The notes: a model not told the origin generated them from the sequence alone. Counted from the first letter of the stretch, positions 29,061 through 43,745 are shown. The stretch is DNA of 64,000 nt from Hyphomonas sp. (GCF_041398385.1 NZ_JAWKUW010000002.1:245125-309124); one strand, 5' to 3'. Program-made: numbers and translations.

Positions 29061-29296
29061 GGATACGGCTTTCGGCGACTTCTGCTGGAAGCAATAATAA
29101 GGTTTCATGTCCGAAGCATGAACCCCTCTGTATACCAATATGATATTGACCCAATAAATTCACGCGACCGACAGAAATACTAAACGAAAAAATATGGTCT
29201 TTCGATATCATAATGATATTGTAAAATGCAGATCGGTCTTGGCGGCGCAAAATTCTGGCTTTAAGGCTACAGGCTCTGTGCAGGGAGGCCCGGTTC

Positions 29297-30739
29297 ATGG
29301 CCGAAATTATGCTGAAATTCACGCATGTGCCGCGGTCGATGCCGGACAAACGGCCGGCAAAACAGCGCGCCTCCGATTTCCACGAAATCTATGACGGCTT
29401 CTCCCCGGACGCGGCCCGCTCGCAGGCATCGCGGTGTTCGCAGTGCGGCGTGCCGTTCTGCCAGCAGGGCTGCCCGCTCGCCAACAATATTCCGGACTGG
29501 CTGCGCCTTGCGGCGGACGGCCGGCTGGAAGAAGCCTGGCGCACGTCGTCCGCCACCAACAACATGCCGGAAATCTGCGGCCGGATCTGCCCGCAGGACC
29601 GGCTGTGCGAAGGCATCTGCACGATCGAACAGTCCGGCCACGGCACGGTGACGATCGGCTCGATCGAGAAATACATCACCGACACGGCCTGGAAAGAAGG
29701 CTGGGTCACGCCGATCAAGCCGCCGCGCGAGCGCAAACAGTCCGCCGGCATTGTCGGGGCAGGTCCGGCGGGCCTCGCCGCGGCCGAACAGCTGCGCCGC
29801 AAGGGCTACAAGGTCACCGTGTATGACGCCTATGACCGGGGCGGCGGCCTGCTCGTCTATGGCATCCCCGGCTTCAAGCTGGAGAAGGATGTCGTCGAAC
29901 GGCGGATCAGATATCTCGAAGACTCGGGCGTGAAGTTCAAGTTCAAGACGCGTATCGGCGAGAAGGTGACGCTGCAGAAGCTGCGCGACAGCCATGACAG
30001 CGTGCTGATTGCAACCGGCGTCTATGCGGCGAAAGACCTGAAATGTCCGGGCGTCGGCTCCGAAGGTGTCTTCGCGGCGCTCGACTACCTGACCGCTTCC
30101 AACCGCAAGAGCTTCGGCGATGCGGTGCCGGACTTCGACTCCGGCGCTCTGGACGCGAAGGACAAGAAGGTGGTCGTGATCGGCGGCGGCGACACGGCGA
30201 TGGACTGTGTGCGCACGGCGATCCGTCAGGGTGCGAAATCCGTCACCTGCCTCTACCGCCGCGACCGGGCCAACATGCCGGGCAGCCAGCGGGAAGTGCA
30301 GAACGCTGAAGAAGAGGGCGTCGTCTTCGAATGGCTCGCCAATCCCGATGCGATCCTCGATTCCAAGGGCAAGGCGAAAGCTGTCCGTGCCGGGAAGATG
30401 AAGCTCGGCGAACCGGATGCCTCCGGCCGCCAGAGCCCGGTCAAGACCGGCGAGACGTTCGACGTGAAGGCCGACATGGTGATCAAGGCGCTGGGCTTCG
30501 ACCCGGAAGACCTGCCCGCCTTGTTCGAGGAACCTGCGCTGGCGGTCAATCGCTGGGGCGCGATCAAGGTCGACTACAGGACGATGGAGACCAGCCTGCC
30601 GGGCGTCTATGCGGCGGGCGATATTGTGCGCGGCGCTTCGCTCGTCGTCTGGGCCATCAAGGATGGACGCGATGCGGCAGAAGCCATGCACAAGGCAATG
30701 AAAGCGGCTGAAGCCGCGGCAAAAGTGGCGGCGGAGTAA
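29297..30739 (+). CDS. gltD: Glutamate synthase small subunit
   Basis: RCSQCGVPFC, CGRICPQDRLCE, GAGPAG, GGGDTAMDC, GASLVVWAI. Confidence 0.96.
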   Translation: MAEIMLKFTHVPRSMPDKRPAKQRASDFHEIYDGFSPDAARSQASRCSQCGVPFCQQGCPLANNIPDWLRLAADGRLEEAWRTSSATNNMPEICGRICPQDRLCEGICTIEQSGHGTVTIGSIEKYITDTAWKEGWVTPIKPPRERKQSAGIVGAGPAGLAAAEQLRRKGYKVTVYDAYDRGGGLLVYGIPGFKLEKDVVERRIRYLEDSGVKFKFKTRIGEKVTLQKLRDSHDSVLIATGVYAAKDLKCPGVGSEGVFAALDYLTASNRKSFGDAVPDFDSGALDAKDKKVVVIGGGDTAMDCVRTAIRQGAKSVTCLYRRDRANMPGSQREVQNAEEEGVVFEWLANPDAILDSKGKAKAVRAGKMKLGEPDASGRQSPVKTGETFDVKADMVIKALGFDPEDLPALFEEPALAVNRWGAIKVDYRTMETSLPGVYAAGDIVRGASLVVWAIKDGRDAAEAMHKAMKAAEAAAKVAAE

Positions 30740-30743
30740 TCAG

Positions 30744-35288
<4,545 letters not shown>

Positions 35289-35294
35289 TGGAAC

Positions 35295-35324
35295 AAGCCC
35301 CGCGGAGCGATCCGCGGGGCTTTT
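35295..35324 (+). terminator. Rho-independent terminator after gltB
   Basis: AAGCCCCGCGGA-GCGA-TCCGCGGGGCTT followed by T-tract. Confidence 0.85.
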
Positions 35325-35339
35325 CAGTTTCCGGCCCGG

Positions 35340-36239
35340 TCAGGCTTTCTTCTTGCGGCGGATGCGCGGCCAGATCAGCTTCAGCCAGACCCACAGGAAG
35401 ACGCCGATCAGGAGCAACCAGGGCAGGCCGACGGCAAAAGCCGTGATCACGGCGGCAAGCGCGCTCGACAGATTGTAGAAGAAATCGCCGAAGGCATGCG
35501 CCAGCGGCTGGAGCGCGCCGCGGGAAACGGGATTGCGTTTCGTCTCATAGCTGACCGAGAGCTGGCTCATGTCGACGCGCTGTCGCAGCGCAGCGAGGGT
35601 CGACTTCAGGGAGTCGATCTCGCCATTGACGCGGGCGAGTTCCCGCTCGGTTTCCAGCAGTTCGCCCAGCTTGCCCGGCCGGTCGGCCAGCAATTGCTCA
35701 AGCCTTGCCTGCAGGGTCTGAAGTGATTTGAGGCGAGCATCCGTATCGATAATGGAGACGGTCAGATCTTCCGCTGTGGTCTGGCGGTTGAAGACTTCGC
35801 CTTTTGCCGCCTTGGCCTCGGCGTCGACGCCTTTCAGGAACGTGTCGATCCAGGCGGGTGTCGCACGGATCTGCAGCGAGCCGCTGGCTTCATCCTCAGA
35901 ATAGGCGTTCAGCCAGGAATTCGTCACCATGCAGATGGTCGGGCCGGCCGTGTTGCAGGCGTCGATATGGGTCTGCATGGTCGGCTCGATCGCGGCGACC
36001 GGCAGGCGCATGCCGAGGGAATGGGAATAGGCGATATATTGCTGTACTTCCGGCGCGCCGCCGCCAGCGCCCTCCGACGGTGCCGCCTCGTCATAATACG
36101 GCGCCTCCTCGCGCATGGCCATTTTTGCGGGAGCGGGCGCCATGGCCGGGCCCGACTCGATGGAAGGCGCGTATTCGGCGCGGCCGCAGGCGGCCAGCAC
36201 AAGCGCCGAAGCGCCAAGTATCAGTCTACGAAACTTCAT
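35340..36239 (-). CDS. DUF4349 family lipoprotein
   Basis: Lipobox LAAC; EDLT...D..ARL, ERELARV..EI.S, C-terminal TM; GGAGG RBS. Confidence 0.85.
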   Translation of the reverse strand: MKFRRLILGASALVLAACGRAEYAPSIESGPAMAPAPAKMAMREEAPYYDEAAPSEGAGGGAPEVQQYIAYSHSLGMRLPVAAIEPTMQTHIDACNTAGPTICMVTNSWLNAYSEDEASGSLQIRATPAWIDTFLKGVDAEAKAAKGEVFNRQTTAEDLTVSIIDTDARLKSLQTLQARLEQLLADRPGKLGELLETERELARVNGEIDSLKSTLAALRQRVDMSQLSVSYETKRNPVSRGALQPLAHAFGDFFYNLSSALAAVITAFAVGLPWLLLIGVFLWVWLKLIWPRIRRKKKA

Positions 36240-36325
36240 CAAATGTCCCTCCAGTGGACAGACTTCCCACATGAAATGCGGAAAAAGGCAAGAAGAGGCT
36301 GGGATTCGGGAAAATTGCGGCGGCG

Positions 36326-36748
36326 TCACGATCCCGCCCAATAGGCCGCCGCTTCCGGGCCGAGGCGTTCGAGTGCCGCGTCGAGCGTTTCGGCGCCGAT
36401 CGTCCGCCGCAGGGCGCGGGCGACATCGGCGATGGCGGTATCCGGCGCGAAATTGTGGTGCTGGCGCAAATGCCGGACTTCGCGGGTCAGCGTGTCGCGC
36501 GTGCCCCATTCGGGCGTGAACTCTTCAGGGCTCCAGCCGTCGATGAAGATGGAGGCGACCGCCGGCGGCAGGATCTGCGCGAACGTCAGGATCTGTTCGG
36601 GCGTCAGGCGGCGGCGGAAAACGATCAGCACGCCCTGCAGGCAGGTATAGGACTGGTGGCGCGTTGCCAGCGAGGTCTCTTCCCGGACGGCGAGCAGGAA
36701 GTCGCTGAAGAATTCTCCCACACGCAGGTATTCCGGCGGTACGGGCAA
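36326..36748 (-). CDS. DUF2267 family protein
   Basis: TTG start after GAGGAG; QGVL.VFRRRL...Q...FA..LP motif. Confidence 0.75.
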   Translation of the reverse strand: MPVPPEYLRVGEFFSDFLLAVREETSLATRHQSYTCLQGVLIVFRRRLTPEQILTFAQILPPAVASIFIDGWSPEEFTPEWGTRDTLTREVRHLRQHHNFAPDTAIADVARALRRTIGAETLDAALERLGPEAAAYWAGS

Positions 36749-36758
36749 GGGATGCTCC

Positions 36759-38306
36759 TCAGGGTCTGAAGCCGGTCGAGCGGGTGCCGGGTTCCAGCGT
36801 GCGCCAGGCGTGATGGATGAAATCCACGAGCAGCGGGCGGGTGTCGCGCGGATCGATGATTTCCTCCGCAAGGAAACTTTCCGCCGTCCGGAAGGGTGAA
36901 CGGATCGCGTCGAACTTGCGGTAGAGATGCGCCTTCAGGGCCTCAGGGTCTTCGGCTTCGGCGAGCTCCTTGCGGAAGGCGGCCTCGATACCGCCCGCCA
37001 TGGGCAGGCTGCCCCAGTCGCCGCTTGGCCAGCAATAGCGCCATTTGGTCTTCGACTGGTTCATCATGGCCGAGCCGGCAAGGCCATAGGCTTTCCGGAT
37101 GACCACGGAGCAAACCGGCACATCGGCCTGGTAGACGGCGGTCATGGCCCGCACGCCGGCACGGGTGACGCCGGCCGTTTCCGCCTTCACGCCGACCGCA
37201 AAGCCGGGGCAGTCGACGAAGTGGATGACCGGCAGGTGGAACATGGAGCAAAGATCCATGTGCCGGCAGACCTTGTCGCAGACATCCGCCGTCCACGCGC
37301 CATCCAGGAAGAACGGGTCGCCTGCCATGATGCCGACAGGATAGCCGTCGATCCGCGCAAGGCCGCAGACGATGCCGCGGCCCCATTCCTTGCCGATCTC
37401 GAAAAAGCTGCCGCGATCGACAGCGGCCTCAATGATCTTGCGCGGTTTGTACGGCGTCTTGCCATCCGTCGGGACGAGCGAGAGCAGGCTTTCCTCGCGC
37501 CGTTTCGGATCGTCCGCAGGCTGAGTGCGTTCCGGCAAGTGGTGCACCGAGGGGGGCAGGTAAGAGAGGAATTTGCGCGCCGCGATGAAGGCGTCGGCCT
37601 CGCTGTCGACCACATTGTCGACGGTGCCGTTCTGCGCCTGGATCTTCCAGCCGCCGAGCTCTTCCTTGGTGACATTCTCCCCCAGCGCGATCGCCACCGG
37701 CGGGCCGGCCACGAACACCTGGCTCAGCTCTTTCACCATGACGGAGAAGTGGCTTGCCGCGACCCGGCCGGCGCCCATGCCCGCGCAGGGGCCCAGGGCG
37801 AGCGAGACGAACGGCACTTCGCTGAGGCCGTGCACGATCTCGTTCCAGCCCGGCGTTTCGGGAATATAGGTGCGCGGATCCTTTTCCAGCGCCTTGACCG
37901 ATCCGCCACCGCCGGTGCCGTCGATCATCTGGACCAGCGGCATCCGGTATTCGGTCGCCATTTTGATCATCTGGACCATTTTCTGCCAGATCGAGGCGTC
38001 CGAAGCGCCGCCGCGGACGGTGAAATCATCGGCGATCACCACGACCGGACGGTGATCGATCGTGGCGCGTCCGGTGACGGAACTCGCCGGCAGGAAGCTT
38101 TCAAGCTCGTCTTCGGCGGTATAGCTGGCGCGGCCGGCAATCTTGCCGATCTCGTGGAAGCTGCCGGGGTCCACCAGGAAGGCGACGCGCTCGCGCACCG
38201 TCAGCTTGCCGCGCCCGCGCTGGCGCTCGACGGGTTCTTCCCCGCCCATTTTCTCGGCCAGCCGTTCACGGCGGCGGAGTTCCTCGATCGACTTTTCCCA
38301 GCTCAT
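36759..38306 (-). CDS. Acyl-CoA carboxylase carboxyltransferase subunit
   Basis: GKLTVRER, DFTVRGG, VAGPPV, D.PGF.VG, IRKAYG, IIDPRDTR. Confidence 0.93.
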   Translation of the reverse strand: MSWEKSIEELRRRERLAEKMGGEEPVERQRGRGKLTVRERVAFLVDPGSFHEIGKIAGRASYTAEDELESFLPASSVTGRATIDHRPVVVIADDFTVRGGASDASIWQKMVQMIKMATEYRMPLVQMIDGTGGGGSVKALEKDPRTYIPETPGWNEIVHGLSEVPFVSLALGPCAGMGAGRVAASHFSVMVKELSQVFVAGPPVAIALGENVTKEELGGWKIQAQNGTVDNVVDSEADAFIAARKFLSYLPPSVHHLPERTQPADDPKRREESLLSLVPTDGKTPYKPRKIIEAAVDRGSFFEIGKEWGRGIVCGLARIDGYPVGIMAGDPFFLDGAWTADVCDKVCRHMDLCSMFHLPVIHFVDCPGFAVGVKAETAGVTRAGVRAMTAVYQADVPVCSVVIRKAYGLAGSAMMNQSKTKWRYCWPSGDWGSLPMAGGIEAAFRKELAEAEDPEALKAHLYRKFDAIRSPFRTAESFLAEEIIDPRDTRPLLVDFIHHAWRTLEPGTRSTGFRP

Positions 38307-38376
38307 GCACGGCAGGTTCCACGCTTCCGCCACGCAAGGTCAAGCGGGCGCGCACCTCCAGAAGAAAAGAATCATA

Positions 38377-38410
38377 TTGACACATACCAACCGGTTGGTA
38401 TGTTTAACGT
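38377..38410 (+). promoter_or_regulatory. Sigma70-type promoter overlapped by a perfect 22-bp palindromic TetR operator
   Basis: TTGACA at 38377-38382; ACATACCAACC|GGTTGGTATGT at 38382-38403; AAGGAG RBS follows. Confidence 0.85.
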
Positions 38411-38422
38411 AAGGAGTGAAAC

Positions 38423-39040
38423 ATGGCCCCGGCAAAGGAATCCGCCCGCGAGAAACTGATCGGCGCCGCCGTCAAAGTGGTCCGCGAAAAGGGATTCAAT
38501 GCGACCTCCGTGGACGATCTCTGCCGCGAGGCCGGCGTGACCAAGGGCGCGTTCTTCCACCATTTTCCCACGAAAACGGACCTCGGCGTCGCCGCCGCCG
38601 AAGCCTGGAAGCTGCACGCCAATGGCCTGTTCGGCTCTGCGCCCTACATGGCGCATGAAGACCCGCTGGATCGGGTGCTCGGCTATCTCGAATTCCGGCG
38701 GGACATGCTGGAGGGGCCTGTCCCCGAATTCACCTGCCTTGCCGGCACCATGGTGCAGGAATCCTATGAGACCCTGCCGGCGCTGCGCGATGCCTGCCAC
38801 GACTCGATTTGGGGCCATGGCCTGACATTGGTGCCGGACATCGAAGCGGCCCGCAAACGCCATGGCATCAACGGCGACTGGACCTCGGAAAGCCTTGCCC
38901 TCCATTTCCAGGCGGTGCTGCAGGGCGCCTTCATCCTCGCTAAGGCCGATCATGGCGCGAAAGCCGCCCGCGACACGGCAGACCATCTTATCCGCTACGT
39001 CCGTATGCTGTTTAACCTTCCACCTGAAAAGGAAGCCTGA
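38423..39040 (+). CDS. TetR/AcrR (NemR-like) transcriptional regulator
   Basis: GF.ATSVDDLC.EAGVTKGAFFHHFPTK HTH; C-terminal TCLAG. Confidence 0.94.
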   Translation: MAPAKESAREKLIGAAVKVVREKGFNATSVDDLCREAGVTKGAFFHHFPTKTDLGVAAAEAWKLHANGLFGSAPYMAHEDPLDRVLGYLEFRRDMLEGPVPEFTCLAGTMVQESYETLPALRDACHDSIWGHGLTLVPDIEAARKRHGINGDWTSESLALHFQAVLQGAFILAKADHGAKAARDTADHLIRYVRMLFNLPPEKEA

Positions 39041-39043
39041 GCC

Positions 39044-40009
39044 ATGCAAGACCCGACCGCTCCGGAAGCGTCGCATCCGTTCGATCTTGTCCTCGAACGG
39101 ACGATCGCCGCGCCGGCGTACACGCTCTATCGCTGCTATACCGAGCCGGACCTCGTCTGCCAATGGTTCTGTCCGAAGCCGTGGAAGGTGACCGAAGCGA
39201 AACTGGACGTTCGCCCTGGCGGCGCCAGCTATCACCGCATGGATGGCCCGAATGGCGAAGTGAATCATGTCCGCGGGCAATATCTGGAGGTTGTGCCCGG
39301 CCGCCGCCTTGTCGGCACGGATGCCTATGTCGGGGACTGGGTGCTGTCCGAAAATCCCCCCTTCATGACCAGTATCATCACCTTCCGGGATCTGGGCGAC
39401 GGCACCGCGCTCTACCGCGCGGTCGCACGGCACTGGTCGGAAGAGGCCATGAAAGGCCACGAATCCATGGGCTTCCATGAAGGCTGGGGCAAGGCCGCCG
39501 ACCAGCTCGAGGACCTCGCCAAATCCCTCCCGCCTGAAACCGGAGCGCGTCTCCTGCCAGCCTCCGCCGACGGACATTCCGTCGTGCCGCACCTCGTCTG
39601 CAAGGATGCTGCGAAGGCCATCGATTTCTACAAGGCCGCCTTCGGCGCGGAAGAAATGATCCGACTTCCAGGCCCGGACGGCCGCCTCGCGCATGCCTCC
39701 GTGAGGATCAATGGCAGCATGGTCATGCTGGTCGACGAGCTTCCGGACATGGTTGTGCAGAGCCCGGAATCGCTCGGCGGTACGCCAGTGACCATCCATC
39801 TCTCGGTCACCGATGCGAAAGGCGTCGTCGACCGCGCCGTCAGGGCCGGCGCCAAGCTCATCATGCCGGTCGAACTTCAGTTCTGGGGCGACCTCTATGG
39901 CATGGTCGAAGATCCATTCGGACACAAATGGTCGATTGCGACGCCGGGCGCCGATGCGCCGCGCACCAGCGAAGCCCTGCAGGACGCGATGATGCAGGCA
40001 GGCGTGTGA
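39044..40009 (+). CDS. SRPBCC (AHSA1) - VOC/PhnB glyoxalase fusion protein
   Basis: N-half DLVLER.I.AP...WFCPKPW...MGFHEGW; C-half PHLV..DA.KAIDFY..AFGA...QFWGD.YG.VEDPFGH.W. Confidence 0.85.
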   Translation: MQDPTAPEASHPFDLVLERTIAAPAYTLYRCYTEPDLVCQWFCPKPWKVTEAKLDVRPGGASYHRMDGPNGEVNHVRGQYLEVVPGRRLVGTDAYVGDWVLSENPPFMTSIITFRDLGDGTALYRAVARHWSEEAMKGHESMGFHEGWGKAADQLEDLAKSLPPETGARLLPASADGHSVVPHLVCKDAAKAIDFYKAAFGAEEMIRLPGPDGRLAHASVRINGSMVMLVDELPDMVVQSPESLGGTPVTIHLSVTDAKGVVDRAVRAGAKLIMPVELQFWGDLYGMVEDPFGHKWSIATPGADAPRTSEALQDAMMQAGV

Positions 40010-40470
40010 TGTCGGCCCAGCCGTTTCTCTGGATTGAAGACCAGGCCGAAGAGGCCGCCCGCTTTTATGTGTCGCTGCTGCCGGATTCGGAGATCACCGA
40101 CGTCGAGAGGCAGGACGGAAAGGCATTCGTCGTGTCGTTCACCCTGTCCGGCGTCCCTTACAAGGCGCTGAATGGCGGGCCGTACTACAAGCTTTCCCCG
40201 GCCTTCTCGATCATGGTGACCTGCGACGGGCAGGCGGAGGTCGACCGGCTCTGGTCCGCGCTGACGGAGGGCGGGGCGCCGCTTCAGTGCGGCTGGCTGA
40301 CGGACCGGTTCGGCGTGACCTGGCAGATCGTGCCCCGGCAGTTTTTCGACTTGCGCAGCGCCGGGACACCGGCGCAGACGAAGGCCATCATGGATGCCAT
40401 GATGCCTATGGTGAAATTGGACGTTGCCGCACTTGAGGCGGCATTCCGGGCGGCCGGGGAGGATGCGTAA
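40009..40470 (+). CDS. VOC family protein (PhnB/3-dmu-9_3-mt type)
   Basis: PFLW..QAEEAA.FY, ALNGGP, CGWL.DRFGV.WQIVP. Confidence 0.9.
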   Translation: MSAQPFLWIEDQAEEAARFYVSLLPDSEITDVERQDGKAFVVSFTLSGVPYKALNGGPYYKLSPAFSIMVTCDGQAEVDRLWSALTEGGAPLQCGWLTDRFGVTWQIVPRQFFDLRSAGTPAQTKAIMDAMMPMVKLDVAALEAAFRAAGEDA

Positions 40471-40823
40471 TGGCCTATGTCGATGGATTTTTGCTTGCCG
40501 TGCCCGATGCCAACAAGGAAGCCTATCGCGCGATGGCCGAACAGGCCGCCGCTGTCTTCCGGAAGCATGGCGCAACCCAGGTCATGGAATGCTGGGGCGA
40601 GGATGTGCCGGACGGCGTGGTGACGAGTTTCCCTCTGGCGGTGAAGCTGGCGCCGGGCGAAACGGTCGTGTTCTCCTGGATTGTCTGGCCGTCGAGAGCG
40701 GTGCGGGACGCGGGCCACCCCGTCGCGATGCAGGAATTCGAGGATATGGGCCTGCAGGCGAGCCACCTGTTTGATGGCAAGCGCATGGTTTTTGGCGGCT
40801 TCGACGTCATGGTCGACGCCTGA
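40470..40823 (+). CDS. DUF1428 (YbaA) family protein
   Basis: YVDGF..AVP, ECWGEDVP.G..TSF..AV, FDGKRM.FGGF. Confidence 0.92.
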   Translation: MAYVDGFLLAVPDANKEAYRAMAEQAAAVFRKHGATQVMECWGEDVPDGVVTSFPLAVKLAPGETVVFSWIVWPSRAVRDAGHPVAMQEFEDMGLQASHLFDGKRMVFGGFDVMVDA

Positions 40824-40921
40824 CCGCTGTCTGACCTCGCGGAATTGTCACGCACTTTTCCTTGCCTTTCTACCCGAGGGTCTGCTTTATCGGCGCCAAA
40901 TCCATTCAAGGAGGTAACACC

Positions 40922-41224
40922 ATGGATCTCGCAGAACTCACGTCCAAGGCCGCTGCAGCTGTCGCCGGTGGCAGCGACTTCAAGAAAAAGGTGAAGTTCG
41001 ACTTCGGCGATATCGGCAAGCTGCTGATCGATGGCGTCAACGGCACGGCGACCAATGACGACGCCGCAGCAGACGCCACGATCTCGGTCAACTGGGACGA
41101 TTTCAAGAAAATCTCCGAAGGCGCCCTCGACCCGACCATGGCCTTCATGCAGGGCAAGCTGAAAGTGGCCGGCGACATGTCGGTGGCGATGCAGCTACAG
41201 AACCTGATGAAGAAGCTGGCCTAA
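40922..41224 (+). CDS. SCP2 sterol/lipid-binding domain protein
   Basis: LDPTMAFMQGKLKVAGDMSVAMQL; GGAGG RBS. Confidence 0.93.
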   Translation: MDLAELTSKAAAAVAGGSDFKKKVKFDFGDIGKLLIDGVNGTATNDDAAADATISVNWDDFKKISEGALDPTMAFMQGKLKVAGDMSVAMQLQNLMKKLA

Positions 41225-41254
41225 GCTTCCGACCCGTCAGGGTTTGACAATTCT

Positions 41255-41287
41255 GGCCGCCCCGGGACACCCTGCGGGCGGCCTTTT
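41255..41287 (+). terminator. Probable Rho-independent terminator after the SCP2 gene
   Basis: GGCCGCCC...GGGCGGCC stem followed by TTTT. Confidence 0.6.
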
Positions 41288-41305
41288 CATTCAGGGACGC
41301 CCACA

Positions 41306-42256
41306 ATGGTCGCAGCAGCTGCTACAGAGTCCGGTCTCGTCCTCATACCGGGGAACGATCCGCCAAAGGGCGCCGAGATTGTCTGGTTCAAGGGCAGCGG
41401 CGGCCGCGACCTGCGCGCCTGCGTGGCGCCGGCCCTGTCGGCGGAGCATCCCCGCGGCACCGTCATTGTCTGTCCGGGCCGCACCGAGTTCATCGAAAAA
41501 TACTTTGAGGTCGGCCGGGAGCTGCAGGCCATGGGCTTTGCCGTGGTCATCCTCGACTGGCCGGGGCAGGGCCTCTCGGCCCGGCTGCTCGACGACACGA
41601 AAAAGGGTCATATCGATCGGTTCGAGACCTTCATGGGCGCGCTCGCCAATGGGCTGGAGGCGCTGGATGACCGGTTGCCCCGGCCGTATGTCTCGCTCGC
41701 CCATTCGATGGGAGGCGCGATCGCGCTGGCGGCCATCACGCAGGATCTCGTGAAAGTCGACGCGGCGGCCTTCTGCGCCCCGATGTGGGGGCTGAAGTCC
41801 AAATTCCTCGGCATGCGCTATCTCGTCTGGGCGATGCGCGCGACCGGCCGGTCGGGCGATTATGCCGTCCAGCCCGGCCCGCCGGAGACGTTCGAGACGA
41901 ACATCGTCACCCATGACAAGAAACGCTGGCAGATGCAGCGCGACCTGGTGGACGCCCATCCGGACCTGGAACTCGGCCCCGTCACCTGGGGCTGGCTCGG
42001 CGCCTCGCTCGACATCCTCGCGACCTTCACCCGGCCGAAGACGCTGAAAGGCGTCGACATCCCGGTCTTCGTCGCCTCGGCGGCGGAGGAGAAGCTGGTC
42101 GACAATGCTTCGCATGATGCCATCTGCGCGCGCCTGCCCGATTGCGAGCACGTCACCGTCCAGGGCGCGATGCACGAGATCCTGATGGAAACGGACGACA
42201 AGCGCGCCGAGTTCTGGGAGGGCTTCCAACGCCTCCTGAAGCGCGCGAACATATAG
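41306..42256 (+). CDS. Alpha/beta hydrolase (lysophospholipase L2-like)
   Basis: GRTEFIEKY, DWPGQGLS, AHSMGG nucleophile, HEILME. Confidence 0.92.
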   Translation: MVAAAATESGLVLIPGNDPPKGAEIVWFKGSGGRDLRACVAPALSAEHPRGTVIVCPGRTEFIEKYFEVGRELQAMGFAVVILDWPGQGLSARLLDDTKKGHIDRFETFMGALANGLEALDDRLPRPYVSLAHSMGGAIALAAITQDLVKVDAAAFCAPMWGLKSKFLGMRYLVWAMRATGRSGDYAVQPGPPETFETNIVTHDKKRWQMQRDLVDAHPDLELGPVTWGWLGASLDILATFTRPKTLKGVDIPVFVASAAEEKLVDNASHDAICARLPDCEHVTVQGAMHEILMETDDKRAEFWEGFQRLLKRANI

Positions 42257-42272
42257 AAAAACGAGGAAACGC

Positions 42273-43745
42273 ATGGCCATCATTTCGCTGTCGCGCATCA
42301 TTGCCTTCTGGGCCGACCAGCAGCCGGACCGCATTGCGATCGACCATGAAGGCGCCGCCATCACCTGGCGCGAATTCGAGGCGCGGACCAACCGGCTCGC
42401 CCGGGCCTATGCTGGCCTGGGCGTGAAGCCCGGCGACTTCGTCACCATCGCACTGCCCAACAGTATCGAATTCCTCGAATCCGTTTTCGCCACCTGGAAG
42501 CTCGGCGCAACGCCGCAGCCGATCTCCGCGCGCCTGCCGAAATTCGAGCGCGACCAGATCGTGGAGCTTGGCAAACCATCGCTCGTCGTCGGCGTCGCCC
42601 CCGGTGAATATGATCCGACCCCGTCGCTTCCCGCCGGCTTCGTGCCGGATGGCAATTTCGCGGATGATCCGCTTGCGGAAATCACCTCCGTGTCGATCAA
42701 GGCGATGACCAGCGGCGGCTCCACCGGGCGGCCGAAACTGATCGTGTCGAAAGTGCCGGGCGCCTGGGATCCGGACGTGCCCTTCCTGGAGATCCCGCTT
42801 CAGGGCGGCATGCTGATCCCCGGCCCGCTTTATCATAATGGCCCCTTCATGTGGGCGATGATTGCCCTCTTCAAGGGCTGCACGGTCGGCCTCACCACAA
42901 GGTTCGACCCCGAACAATCCCTCGCAACGATCGAGCGGCTGAAGCTGAATGTCGCCTATATGGTGCCGACGATGATGCGGCGCGTCTGGGCGCTGCCGGA
43001 AGAAGTGCGTAATAGCTACAATCTCTCCAGCCTCACCGTCCTCTGGCACCTCGCTGCCCCGTGCCCGCCCTGGCTGAAGGAATGTTTCATCGAATGGCTT
43101 GGCGCCGAGACCATCTGGGAACTCTATGGCGGCACGGAAGGGCAGGGCTCGACCATCATTCAGGGCACGGAATGGCTGACCCATAAAGGCTCGGTTGGCC
43201 GTCCCGTCGAGACCTGCGAAATGAAGATCGTCGGCGAGGACGGTGAGACGCTGCCCGCCGGCGAGGTGGGAGAAGTGTTCATCCGGCCCCTGAGCGGGCC
43301 GGGCACCACCTATCATTACCTTGGCGCTGAAGCGCGCGCCATCGAGGGCGGTTGGGAAAGCCTCGGCGACATGGGCTGGATGGATGCGGAGGGCTATCTC
43401 TACCTGACCGACCGGATGTCCGACATGATCCTCGTCGGCGGCGCCAACATCTACCCGGCCGAAGTCGAAGCGGCGATCGACGCCTATCCGGGCGTGCGCT
43501 CCTCCGCCGTCATCGGCCTGCCGGATGATGACATGGGCGCGCGCCTGCATGCCGTGATCGACCGGCCGGAGGGCGCCGTGGCGGATGCGGACATGCTTGC
43601 CCACCTCGCCGATCGCCTCGTGAAATACAAGATCCCCAAGAGCTTCGAATATTCGGCCGAGCCGGTGCGCGACGATGCCGGCAAGGTCCGCCGCAAGGCG
43701 CTGCGCGAGGAACGCATCGCCGCCACGGGCAAGGCCCCCGCTTGA
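42273..43745 (+). CDS. AMP-binding acyl-CoA ligase (bile acid-CoA ligase-like)
   Basis: TSGGSTGRPK, YGGTEG, LGDMG, GGANIYPAEVE, GKV. Confidence 0.93.
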   Translation: MAIISLSRIIAFWADQQPDRIAIDHEGAAITWREFEARTNRLARAYAGLGVKPGDFVTIALPNSIEFLESVFATWKLGATPQPISARLPKFERDQIVELGKPSLVVGVAPGEYDPTPSLPAGFVPDGNFADDPLAEITSVSIKAMTSGGSTGRPKLIVSKVPGAWDPDVPFLEIPLQGGMLIPGPLYHNGPFMWAMIALFKGCTVGLTTRFDPEQSLATIERLKLNVAYMVPTMMRRVWALPEEVRNSYNLSSLTVLWHLAAPCPPWLKECFIEWLGAETIWELYGGTEGQGSTIIQGTEWLTHKGSVGRPVETCEMKIVGEDGETLPAGEVGEVFIRPLSGPGTTYHYLGAEARAIEGGWESLGDMGWMDAEGYLYLTDRMSDMILVGGANIYPAEVEAAIDAYPGVRSSAVIGLPDDDMGARLHAVIDRPEGAVADADMLAHLADRLVKYKIPKSFEYSAEPVRDDAGKVRRKALREERIAATGKAPA

